A stretch of 64,000 nucleotides of DNA from NCBI GenBank assembly GCA_016618085.1, contig JABLTG010000002.1, forward strand, positions 1 to 64,000, given 5' to 3'. The position numbers and the translations under genes are program-made. The DNA is from Neovahlkampfia damariscottae. Its lineage: Eukaryota. The notes under the pieces were generated by a model, which saw only the letters and a program-made list of their open reading frames with translations, did no database searches and had not been told where the DNA came from. Of this stretch, positions 34,339 to 45,931 are shown in pieces (the first letter of the stretch is position 1; every line of letters starts with the position of its first letter).

Positions 34339-35268
34339 TTACTTCTTAATTGAATACAATAAAACACCAATAATAACTAATACAGCACTTACACCTTTGA
34401 ATTGATTGAAACATTGATGTGACATTGTTTCACAAAATAACACATGACTCAAAATGAAAACTCCAATTGTCACGAGAGTATTAATGATTGAAATATTAGT
34501 AGATCCCATTTCTGGTAACATTTTAAAATAAGTATAATTATGTAAGGTGGTGGATACAATCAGACCTAATAATAAACTATAAACCATCGTAAAATTTGAT
34601 CCATTTTCTATAATTGGAATGTTGACTAATTGATCCCATTGTGGTATAGTAATCAATATCATATATATAAATCCAATAATAGTCAATAATAAACCATTGA
34701 TTAAAGTAAATTCTTTTGTTTGTATACCATATTTTTTATTGGATAAAATTAATTCTCCACCAATGTAATTAAATGAATAAAATAATGTTCCAATCATGAC
34801 ACAAATAATTCCATAGTTCAAATGTTCATTTTTTTCAACTTTCGATTTTCCAAAAGCTGAAATTGCTATTCCTAAAGTAATCAAGAAAATACCAAAAATT
34901 TGTTGTTTTGAAATTTTTGAATTCAATAATAAATAACGAAATAATGCAATAAAACAAGTCAAAGATGAATAAAATAAAATAAATAATAAACTTCCTGCGT
35001 GATTAATTCCAATTGCGCAAAAAATTTGCGCCAATATTTCAAATATAGCGCAGGTCAAAATCAGAGCATATTTCTTGTATAATGGATACTCTACTTTTTT
35101 TTCCGTTTCTTCGTTTTTCAAAACTAATCCAAGAAGAAGATAAGAAACAGAAACGACGAAAGGAAAAAATAAAGTTGCTGGATTTCCTGCACCAAAATTG
35201 ATAATGTATTGTTTACTTATTTTTTCATATACACCAGTAACAAAAAATAGAAACGAAAAAAAAATCAT
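34339..35268 (-). CDS. DMT-superfamily (SLC35/EamA-like) transporter
   Basis: About 9-10 TM helices, YSSLTCFIALFRYLLL, ISKQQIFGIFLITLG, GVSAVLVIIGVLLY. Confidence 0.8.
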   Translation of the reverse strand: MIFFSFLFFVTGVYEKISKQYIINFGAGNPATLFFPFVVSVSYLLLGLVLKNEETEKKVEYPLYKKYALILTCAIFEILAQIFCAIGINHAGSLLFILFYSSLTCFIALFRYLLLNSKISKQQIFGIFLITLGIAISAFGKSKVEKNEHLNYGIICVMIGTLFYSFNYIGGELILSNKKYGIQTKEFTLINGLLLTIIGFIYMILITIPQWDQLVNIPIIENGSNFTMVYSLLLGLIVSTTLHNYTYFKMLPEMGSTNISIINTLVTIGVFILSHVLFCETMSHQCFNQFKGVSAVLVIIGVLLYSIKK

Positions 35269-35319
35269 CAAGTCGATAGTTTTTCTTTTCAAATCGAACA
35301 ATTTTGATTGATACGTTCA

Positions 35320-35329
35320 GACCAATCAG
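35320..35329. promoter_or_regulatory. CCAAT box shared by the DMT transporter and STRA6-like genes
   Basis: GACCAATCAG, an NF-Y-type consensus, lies in the 69-nt gap between ATGs 35268 and 35338. Confidence 0.7.
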
Positions 35330-35337
35330 CATTCTTC

Positions 35338-38300
35338 ATGAATTACCAACAACTGGATGAAGAGGTTGACCTAAATTCAACTTCAAAGAATAGTTTTAGT
35401 TTCAAGAATCATTTTTTCAGAAGTACATTTTGTTGTGGATCAGTACTTTATTTATTTTTTTTCTTTACGGTATTATACATCATTTTTTGACTAGTTTTGA
35501 AGGTTATCTCATTTTCAATTGTTTCTTATGTTTATGTTAATTTACCGTACGTCGACAGAAGCAAAAAAATTAGTCATGTTAGACTTGCTGTTGATTATTG
35601 GAGTATTCCAAGAATTCTAATGAACATAACAACTTTTTCTGCATCTAGTAATTTAGTTCCAGTTAGAAATATTAATTTTGATAAAAAATATGTAAATTTA
35701 TTTTGTTGCAAATTCACAAATTTTTAGGATTTTTATGTTAATTTCTACACAGAACTTTCAAGGTCGGAGTATATTCCTCCTTATGCACCAATTTTATTCA
35801 AAAATGAAGAATCATTAGTATCAACTTTAATTACAAATGACAATGAAATGGATATCGATTTAACTTTATCCACTTCTCTTGGAAGATTAGCAACAGTCAA
35901 AAGAAATTTCATAAAAAAAGAAAATGAAAAGGTTGGAAAAAAATTGATTTAACTTTAGACGTTAATACTTTCTTGTTTGATTTTAGTTCCAGATTTAACA
36001 AATAAGACATTATCAACATTTCAATGTGACAACAAAGGAATATCAGATAAAGCCAATCAAGCAAATTATATTCCATTCAAACAAGAGTTTATTGGAAAAC
36101 CATATAAGATACCAATTTATATATTACATAAAAACTCACCTGATCTGGTTTATCATACTTTCATTTTTGGTTTTGGAATTGATGATAAACTTTCAGTAAG
36201 AAATTCAACACTAACAAAAAAAGAGTATCATTTTTAATGTCATAGCAGTATCAATTATATGTCTATCAATCATTTCATTCACTTTAATGACAGTTTCATT
36301 TCATCATCAGAAAATTTTAATCGCAGATATGTTAAATTCAAAAATGATATTTCCACCATTATATATTGTATCAATGATGATGTTCTATATTGAAGTTATT
36401 CAAATTATTTTGACAAGTCTATTTTCACTAGATTTATCAAAAGAATTTGGTTTTGGGAGTGTATTTACAGGAGACTTATTATTACTTCGCCATTATGTAA
36501 ATTCATATGTTTTGAGAATTCTTTATTTTTTATTTAAATCATCAACTATATTAATTTCAATTGTTATAAATGTGAAATATAAAAAAACGAAAACATCTTT
36601 GACTCTGGTATTCAATTTTTTTGATTGACATTTAAAAGTTGTCTTTATGCACTGGAATGTTCACCTTATTGAATTTGATTTATCCATTAAGTTTATTATC
36701 TTATTTATTTGTGGATATGTCACCTTCAAATTGTCAATTGGGTACAATGACTTCAATTGGATGCATTTGTAATATTTTCATTCATGATTAATTTTTATAG
36801 ACTCTATTAATGAATCTACTGGAAGAACTGTCTTTATTTTTCTTCAATTATTTAGAAATTTCATTGGATGTGTTTTATTATTAATGATTCCAATCCCATT
36901 AATTTTATTTCTTTTGTCAAAAAATGATGATTTAAGCTATTATGGATGGAAAATAAAGAAATATATTGAACATACAAAAAATTTATTTGACACCAAAACA
37001 GAAGGAAATTTCAAAGAAAACATAGAAAAAGAATCATTAGTTAATTCTACTGTCAAATTAACTGAGAAATTGGATAATGAAGAAAATTTGAAATATTCAA
37101 CACTTTTCAAAATATCAATGAAATTAAAATATGATGATTTGAAAAAGAAAATGATGAATTTAAGTAAGTTTCTGAAATACTAATCATTTAATTTCAGTCA
37201 AACCAAAGAAAACACCAATAACTCATCTTCCAATTCAATTTGGAAATTATTTCTATCCTTTGAAATTTCAAGTGGCTGCAGCGATGGGATTGTCATCTGT
37301 ATTCGTTGTAGTTTGTTTTTTGATCATTTCTGCCTTTTATTCATTGGCATATATCACCAAGTTGGTTGAAAGATATTTAATTCCTCTAATTTGTAAAGTT
37401 AAAGGTGGAACAAATGATCAATGTGTTAATTCGTTAACAAGTAGGAATTATACATTTATATTAACTCATAATTAGGTTATATAAATGGATCGGAAGTTTT
37501 CCTCTACATTTCATTCATACTTTCTGGAATTGTAAGTATCAATTTTTTTCGCTCAATATTAAGATCTCAATTATTGTGATTATAATTACATTATATCAAC
37601 TGGCTGGTAGTTTCAAAGAAAAAGTAATTGTACTTCATATTTAACACAGTGTAGATTTTGAATGTTCGGCGTGGTGAAGTAAAATTAGAATTGGCAAATT
37701 ACAGTTTAGTGAATGCAACTCAATACATTGGTTATCAAGCAGCGTATTTTTTTGTTTATTTTTTTTATATAAATTAGGTACATTGGATATTCAGGATTGT
37801 TATTCTTTTTTTATGCTCAATTTGCTTTGATAATTCTTTCAATTTTATTTCAATTTTTCCTTTCATTTTTGTCGTTTGATTTTTCATTATTAAAATTTCA
37901 ATAGAAGTTTTTTGCCACCTGAAATTAGGTTTATTTATGAAAGTGTATTTCAAATTATCAAACAAGTAACAATGATTGCATTATCCAATGAAGCAATATT
38001 GGTTCCAATCATTAGTTTTTTGATCTTCACTATAGGATATAGCAATATTGTGCACAACATTGCTAAGCTATATTTCCCTGTTTTTGAAACAAAATATATT
38101 AGAAATATCTATATTTTTTCTGTTTATGATCAATTCTCAACAATTTATTCATCGTTTGAATTTTTAAAATTTTTAAACGTTTTTCAGATTAGTTTCTCCA
38201 ATAACTATTGGAATAACAGCTCCTTTTAGTACTTTGGTATATTATTTATTATATATTGCAAGATTAGATCATGAAGATTCTGTTTCTCATTATCTATTCA

Positions 38301-38883
38301 AATCTGTTTTGAAAACAGAATTGATTTACAATAATCCTGTATTGTCATCATTTGCAAAATCATGTGAAATTGGTAAATTAAAATATTGAAATTTTAACAC
38401 TTCAAAGCAACAAAAACTCCAAATTCAAAGAAAATATTGAATTATTTATTAGCAATGATTCACATTTCAAAATTGAATCCTTTTTTTGTTAAAGAGTTAC
38501 AGACATCTTGGGACATATTAAATTATCAAAAATCAGGAAAATTAGATAAATCTCATTTAGAAAAATGTTTAAATTCATATGATTTTACCAGTTTGGATAT
38601 TGATTCAATTTTAAAGAATGAAACAATTTCACAAGAATATTTTACATATGGTGATTTTATTAATATACTTTATACCCACATCTATTCAATGAAAAATGAT
38701 GAGAATATTGAATCTTATTTAGATTTAATTGACGGAGAAAATATTGAAGTCAAATCACTTTTAAAAGTGATTGATATTTATTTCATCGGTCAAGAAGTTG
38801 ACATCATCACAGAAATCAAAGAGAAATTTGAAAAGTGTGAATCTCTAATTTCCATAAAAGAATTAAAAAATCTGTTGGAATAA
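35338..38883 (+). CDS. STRA6/RBP-receptor-like polytopic membrane protein with C-terminal calmodulin-like domain, 15 exons
   Basis: 14 GT-AG introns give one continuous frame. Motifs YPLKFQVAAAMG, FKEKILNVRRG, ATQYIGYQAAYI, IARLDH, KTELIYNNPVLSSF, HISKLNP, then four EF-hand-like helix pairs. Confidence 0.7.
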
Positions 38884-38924
38884 AAATTCTCTTCTTTTGG
38901 AAATTTTGATTTGATTGGCTAAAT

Positions 38925-39718
38925 ATGTTCACCAAACTTTTGTTGTTCCTGAACTGTCTTTTTTATCTCTATTTTTATGGCATTGAAAGAACTGTAATTT
39001 ATGAAACCTTTTCAAAATCAACAGCAGATTTGATCCACATTATCTCTAAATGTTTTCCTATCATTTTTTTCATCAAAATTGTAAAACTATTTTTGACATA
39101 TTTTTAAAAATTTAGTCAATGAATTCAATGAAAAAAGGAATGACATATCCATTATATCTCAATATTTTTGCTTTTATCTTTTGTGGTTTTGGTGATTTCT
39201 TTTTAGCAATCAATGCAACACAAAACACAGAATTACATTTTAAATTAGGTATTTTAGCTTTTTTGATTGCTCAACTTTCATTCACCTATATGTTTAAATT
39301 TAAAATTGGAAAATATAATGAAACATCTCCAAATTTTAATTTATTATATTTTCTTCCATTTTTGATTTATGGAGTATCTCTTGTTGTCATTTTAAAAGTT
39401 TGGGAACTGAATTTTGTATTAAGAATAGCAGTACCAATCTATGCATTGGCTATTTGTTCAATGGCTACAAGTGCAACAACAAGTTTATTTGCCAATAATA
39501 TTACTTTGTTGTCTTTGTTAAGAGTTTCTGGTTCTATTAGTTTTATTTTTTCAGATTCTTTAATAGCAATTGGTGCATTTTCAAAATATTATCAAGTTTA
39601 TAATGTTCCTTCGAATATTGTAAAAGTGACGATCATGATAACTTATTGGATAGCATTATACTTTTTTGCAATTTCATTTGAAGAAATTTATCAAGAAGGG
39701 AAAGAAAAAAACAAATAA
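38925..39718 (+). CDS. YhhN/TMEM86 family lysoplasmalogenase-like protein (2 exons)
   Basis: KCFP, GDFFLA, FKLGILAFLIAQ, PIYALAICSM, FIFSDSLIA, IMITYWIA. Intron 39081-39115. Confidence 0.85.
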
Positions 39719-39788
39719 AAAGATTTGAAAAAGTACAAAAAAATTCCTTTTTGTTTTTGACATGTGTCAACATCACTGATTTTGACCA

Positions 39789-41091
39789 ATGAACATTCAG
39801 GTGGGTGAAAACGAAAACAAAACTTCTTCTGTTATAATTCCATCATTACTCAATTTACCAGAATCTGAAGGAACTACAAAACCTTTAATTAGTCCAAGAA
39901 ATGCTGTTCCAAATCCAACAAAAAAACCTTCAAAAAGAAATAGTCTTGAAGGAAATATTTTAAGCATTTTTTCAAACCAAACATCCAAACGACATAGTAC
40001 AGAGAATGTTAAGAATTTTGTAGACTTAACAATAACAAATATATGTCTGGTTGATTTTCCAAAACTTGAAAAGTAAAAATAAAAAAAAATTGAAAAAAAA
40101 AAAAAGAGACTTAAAATGTACTATTAACTTAATTGAACAAGGCACTTCTTATGGTGATTCCAAAGTCTCTGTTATAAAAAAAGACGAAACGAAATTTAAA
40201 TTTTTCAAAGCTTGGAGTTTAGATAAAGAACAAACTTTAACTTCAAAAGTTGATATAATCATTTCAGATACTTCAAAATTAAGCTCAAAAGTTTATTCAT
40301 CTATTAGAGTTGATTTAATGAAAGATTTAATTGAAACTGAAGCATTTCAGTATTCATATAGTCCATTTTATGAAGATACAATTGATTTTGATTTAGAATT
40401 AATGCCAAACTCAAAGATTATAGATAATATGACTAAAATTAGTCTCAATTTTTCTTTGACTTCCTATTCATTCGCTTTTGAATCTTATTTGTTAAAAAAT
40501 TCAAATGAAAATTGGAAAAAAATAATATTTGAAAAATTAAATTCAAAAATTAAATCAGCATTATCAAAAGAAGACATTAATGAAATTGAAATTAATTTTA
40601 TTGGAAGAATTCACGACCAATTAGATTTTAAAGATGTTCTGAATTCATTCAAAACTGACGAAAAATATGGAACTCAAATCACTGAAATATTGAAAAACTT
40701 ATCAAGATTTAAAAAAAATCAATCTTCAAGAAAGTATCAAATCATCCCAGAAGAATTAATAGATCTTGAATCAAATTCAAAAGAAGAGGAAATAAAATCA
40801 TTGAAAGAAAGAGAAGAGGATTTAAAAGATTTAGAAATTTATGAAAAGAATGGTTTTGATAAATCTGCTCTGAACAAAGAAGAATATATTTTGAATATGA
40901 TTCGTTTGTTTTTGACCTATAAAAATACAAGACAAGCACAAAAATTTCTAGCAAAAAATTTGGTTATCACTTCCACCACAGAAAAAATCAAAGTTGAAGA
41001 TTATGGTGAAAAACTTGAAAAAGCAGTTGAATTGTATAACGCAATGATTTTAGTCAGAGAAAAAGAGAAAATATTAAATGAAAGAAAATAA
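39789..41091 (+). CDS. Unknown protein, tandem paralog A (possible C2-like N-terminal region), 2 exons
   Basis: Intron 40073-40106 joins the two ORFs. Clear similarity to the next gene. Confidence 0.7.
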
Positions 41092-41231
41092 ATCATCCTC
41101 CTCATTTAAGATTTCTGTTGATTTCTCCTTATTTGGAAGAAAGTTATTCACCAGTTTCGATTGAAATTAATTTTCTTCGGTTAAATAAGCCAATAAGATT
41201 CATTCAAACTGACAACGACAACTGGCTGGTG

Positions 41232-42363
41232 ATGAACAAAAAGGTGATACCTTCTTTTGATCTCTTTCAAAAGAAAAAGAAAAATCAAACTGTAAAACTA
41301 TTAGAGGTCATAGTAGTAGATTTAAAAGTATCAGATTTTGAACTTGACAACTTTCCTTCTCTTCAAAAGTAAAAAAAAAATGAATTTTAACACTTTTTTA
41401 CAAAGGGATTCAAAATTTATTGTAAATCTAGTGGACTCCAAAAATACTATACTAAATACAAAATCAACAACAATAAAAAGTAACTCATCAGAAATTCAAA
41501 TGATGAATACTTGGAATTTATCTGAATCTTTGATTGAAAAAGGAAGATTAGAAATTCAAATTTTGGACTCAAAATCAAAAGTTATGTTTATTTCAACTGT
41601 AGGTATAAAATATGACTTGTTAGAAAATGATGAAAATTTCAATATTTGTTATAATCCATTTTATGAAAATTTAAAAAAAATAGAGTTATTTTTATTGCCA
41701 AGTTCTGAGTATTCAAAATTAGAATGTCATTTATCACTTAACATGTCATTGTCAAGTTATACTATGGATTTTGAAATTCTTAATTTCAAACAAAAAAGTG
41801 AACTGAGTTTCAAAATTCTTAAAAAAATTCATTCCAAATTATCAAGAATATCAGAAGAGAAATTATCTGATTTAGAATTAAATTATATTGGGAGAATAAA
41901 GAATAACAAAAATTTTATAAAAATTCTTCGAGAATTTTCACTTCAAGAAGATAATTTTAAACAACTGTCAGAAGAAATTTTGACAAGTTTAAATCATTTA
42001 CAAAAAAATGAATCTTATAAATATGAATTTGTTTCAACACCAAATCCAGATCAAAAAATAGAAGAAATAAAAGATGAAAAAGTATTAAAAAGAGAAGAAT
42101 CAAATGAAATTGAAGATTTAAAAGAATTAGAAATGTATGAAAAAAATGGAATTGATAAAACAGCAATACATCAAGATGAATATGTTTTAAACTTAATTCG
42201 GATCATTTTAACGTATAAAAATAATCATCAAGCAAAAAAATTTTGTGAAAAAAATTTAACATCAAAAATGAAAAAAGTAAATCAAGATGATTATGGTGAA
42301 AAATTAACAAAATCAATTGAATTTTATAACAAAATGTTATCATTAAAAGATACTTCAAAATGA
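41232..42363 (+). CDS. Unknown protein, tandem paralog B, 2 exons
   Basis: Same intron position (after FPxLxK). Shares YxPFYE, IGRI, YEKNG, LTYKN and DYGEKL with paralog A. Confidence 0.7.
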
Positions 42364-42366
42364 ATT

Positions 42367-45078
42367 TTATTCAATAAATATTTTTTTTATAGTCTTTTTC
42401 TTTTGATCAAAAATGAATTGATTTTCAAATGATTTTGATTTTAAAAATGGATGAACATTAAAAATATCATATTGTTTTGCTCTTGCTTCAAATTCATCTA
42501 AATCAATTTCAAATGAATCTTGATTTTCATCTTGTGAAATTTGAGCTGATTCTCTTATAAAATTTTGTAATAAATGAAGTAAGATTTGATCATTATTTGA
42601 ATGTAAATATTTTGCAAATTTCTTTTGTAACATTTTAGCAATTGAATGTTTTTGTGTTGAAATGAATGAATCTAACATACAACCAATTGCTGTATTAATA
42701 TCATCATCTCTAACAAAATCACGTAAATGTAATCTTGCATTTGCTTCAGCTAATCTAAATAAACTCTCTAAATGTCTAACAGAAATTGGAAGACCACCAT
42801 TAAATGATTCTTTTCTCAGTTCTTTATAAAATTGAACTAATTTTTCATTATTAATTTTTTGTAATTTTGGATGAAAATTTAATTTTGAATAAAGAATATA
42901 TTTCTTCAATAAATCTTGTGGAATAATAGAATCACCTTCTTCTTCTTCTTCTTCTTCTTCTTCTTCATTTATTTTTTTCTTCTTTTCTTCAATGACATCT
43001 TCTTGTTGTTCTTTTAGTTTTTCATTATGTGGATGATGATTAAAATGACTATTTACAACAAATGTTGCTAATTTTTCATCTAAAATTGGATCAACTAAAT
43101 CCCTAACAACACATAAAAAATCAAATCTAGAAAGAATTGGATCAGATAATTGTACATTTTGATGAAATGTTTTTGTTGAATCATAATTTCCTTTAACAGG
43201 GTTAGCTGCTGCAACAATAGATGCTCGAGCTTGTAATGTTGTAACAATACCTGCTTTTGATATACTAATAGTTTGTTGTTCCATTGCTTCATGAATTGAT
43301 GTTCTATCTTGATCTGACATTTTATCAAATTCATCAATTAAACAAGTACCATTATCAGCAAGTACCAATGCTCCTCCTTCCAAAGCTTTAAACAATATTA
43401 AAATATAATGATATTAAATACTCCATTCTTTTGTTAATGGATCTTTATGAACAGATGCAGTTAATCCAACAGCTGATGATCCTTTACCAGTAGTATAGAC
43501 TGCTCTATTAGCTGTCTTTTCAATATATTTCAAAAATTGTGATTTAGCAACACCTGGATCACCTACTAATAAAATATTTATATCTCCTCTAATTCTATGC
43601 TTTCCTCCAATATTTTTTGATTGACCTCCAAATAATGATAAGGCAATGGCTAATTTAATATTCTCATGTCCAAAGATACTTGGAGCAATTGATTTTATAA
43701 TTTTTTGTTGAATTTTTGGATCTTTTGAAAGTTGAATAATCTTCTTTTTATCAGAACTTGATAATGAAATTGAAAATTGATCAACACGTTTTGAAATATG
43801 ATTTGCTTCAATTACAGTTGCAAAAACTGGAAATCCTTGTTTACTATTCAATGAAGCATCATAACTATGTTTATAAATACCTGTAATATCAACTTCTTCA
43901 CCTGGACGAACACAATCAATTAAATCACTTAAAGTTTCAAATCTTATTTAATTTCTTACTTTATCAAAATGACATCTTTTGATCTTGGAATTCTACCAGC
44001 AGGAATAGTACCTGGAGTCTCTTGTAATGTAATTTTTTGATAATTTCTATAAACAGTTAAGTTTTGATTGATAGTAAAAGGTCCACTTTTTTTACAAGAA
44101 GGACAAGATGATGGTTTTGGAATATTATTTCCTCTTGAATTAATACCAATAGGACCAATTTGATTACCACAAGCACAATCATATTTAACTAATTTTAATT
44201 GTGGAAATACACTTGTTCTTCTTGTAATAACTCCTGTAACTTTTATCTAATACTTATTAAATAGAATTCTTTTTTTTTACTAATTGATTCAAATGTGGTT
44301 GTCTTAAATCTCTAATTGATTCACATTCTGGTAAATCTGAAACTCTAACATAAATTTCTTCATGTATATTTTTGTAATTTGGAAATTTCATTAAAACACA
44401 AGAAAGAGCAACTTCACTGAATATATTAAGCATTTCTGTTGGTTCATCTGCTAATAGGATACATAAATCTTCTTCAACTTGTGATAAATCACTATAAGAA
44501 ACTTCTAAAGTTGACTTATTTTCACTAGCCATTTTTTCAATTCTGTCTAAATATTTTGATGCTTCTGATACTTTAAATTGTGTTAAAAATGTTTTAAATT
44601 TTTTTGATATTTTTTTTCTTGGTTTTGTTTGAATGATCCATTCTTTAATTTTTCCTTTGACTTCTTGAAAATTAATTTCGTCATCTTCATCGTCTTCTTC
44701 TTCTTCATCTTCTTCATCACTTGAATGATTTATATCTGATGAGGTTTTTCTAATTGAAGAAGAAGAAGTTTCTCTTCTTGAAGGTGCTTCTATTTCAGAG
44801 TATTTTAAAATAATATCTCGTAGACTTCCTGGTTTTGAATTTTCAAGAGCTTGTTCTTTTCTTCTTTTATCAATAGCATCATCTATTCTTAGACGTTCTC
44901 TTGTATCCATTTCATCATAAACTGTATCATCAATTTGAGAAGGATCATAGTGGTCTTGTTCATCATCGTAGTCATCTTCCCATCCATCACCAAATAGATC
45001 TTCACCTTCTTCTTCAGCTTGACGTTCTTCGTCATCAAGTATTATTTCTTCTTCGTCATATAAGTTTTGTTCACTCAT
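42367..45078 (-). CDS. MCM2: DNA replication licensing factor MCM2 (4 exons)
   Basis: [10 protein letters not shown] histone-binding N-terminus, [47 protein letters not shown]. Confidence 0.96.
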
Positions 45079-45193
45079 CAAGCGGTAAAAATTATCCAAT
45101 GAAACGTTTCGTTGGTTTTTTTTTTTTTTTTTTTTTTTTAAATTATGTTTTTTTTAAAATAAAATCAATTCACGTTTTAAAAATATTTATTGT

Positions 45194-45869
45194 TTATTCT
45201 CTTGCTTCTAATTCTTTTTCAAGTGGTTCTAATGCTTCTAAAGCGATGCATGCTTCAACTTGTTCTTTAGGATCACGAGCTTTAAGTTGTGCTTGGTATT
45301 TTGAAATATCACTTTGAACCTGAATTTCAAAGATTAAAAAAAAAAAAAAAAAATTACACGTGAAAGATCAAGGTCGTCTAAGTGATACATTTCTCCAGTA
45401 TTCATATGAACTGGACCCATAATTGAGTTGAAAATAAAACCTCCGACACAATAGTATTTGTCTTTAATTCCGTTTGGAAATTCAATTTCAACAGCTCCAG
45501 GTGCGAGTTTGTAAACGTTCATCATATGTCCTGGATGAATTGACATTTTTCCATCAGTTGTATTGAAAGTAACTTGTTTAAGCTTTGAAAAAAAGAAAAG
45601 TTAAAAAAAAAAAGAAATACTTTTTGACTATTGAACAAATATTCTCCTTCAGTTCCTGCTGTGAATGTTATAAATTTTGGTCTCTAAAATAAAATGGTTG
45701 GAAAAATATTTAACAAATTTACTTCTGGAGGTTCGTTAATTAAAGATTTTTGAGATTCTGGTAAATCTGTGTCAATGTTTGAGTTGACTCTTTCCAATGA
45801 ACTTTTAGTTTCTTTTTTGCTGAGTAAATGGCGAGTTTGTCTGAAAAATTTACTTTGTGTACGAAACAT
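45194..45869 (-). CDS. ATP5F1D: Mitochondrial F1 ATP synthase delta subunit (4 exons)
   Basis: Arg-rich presequence, QVTFNTTDGKMSIHPGH, LAPGAVEI, YYCVGGF, LDDLD and C-terminal helix pair. Confidence 0.8.
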
Positions 45870-45893
45870 TCTCCAAAAAAAAAAGTAAATTCA

Positions 45894-45921
45894 ATTGGTT
45901 GAATTCTGAGCATTTGATTGG
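45894..45921. promoter_or_regulatory. Paired CCAAT boxes in a 62-nt bidirectional promoter
   Basis: Two ATTGGTT sites lie between divergent ATGs 45869 and 45932. Confidence 0.7.
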
Positions 45922-45931
45922 TTAAATAAAA

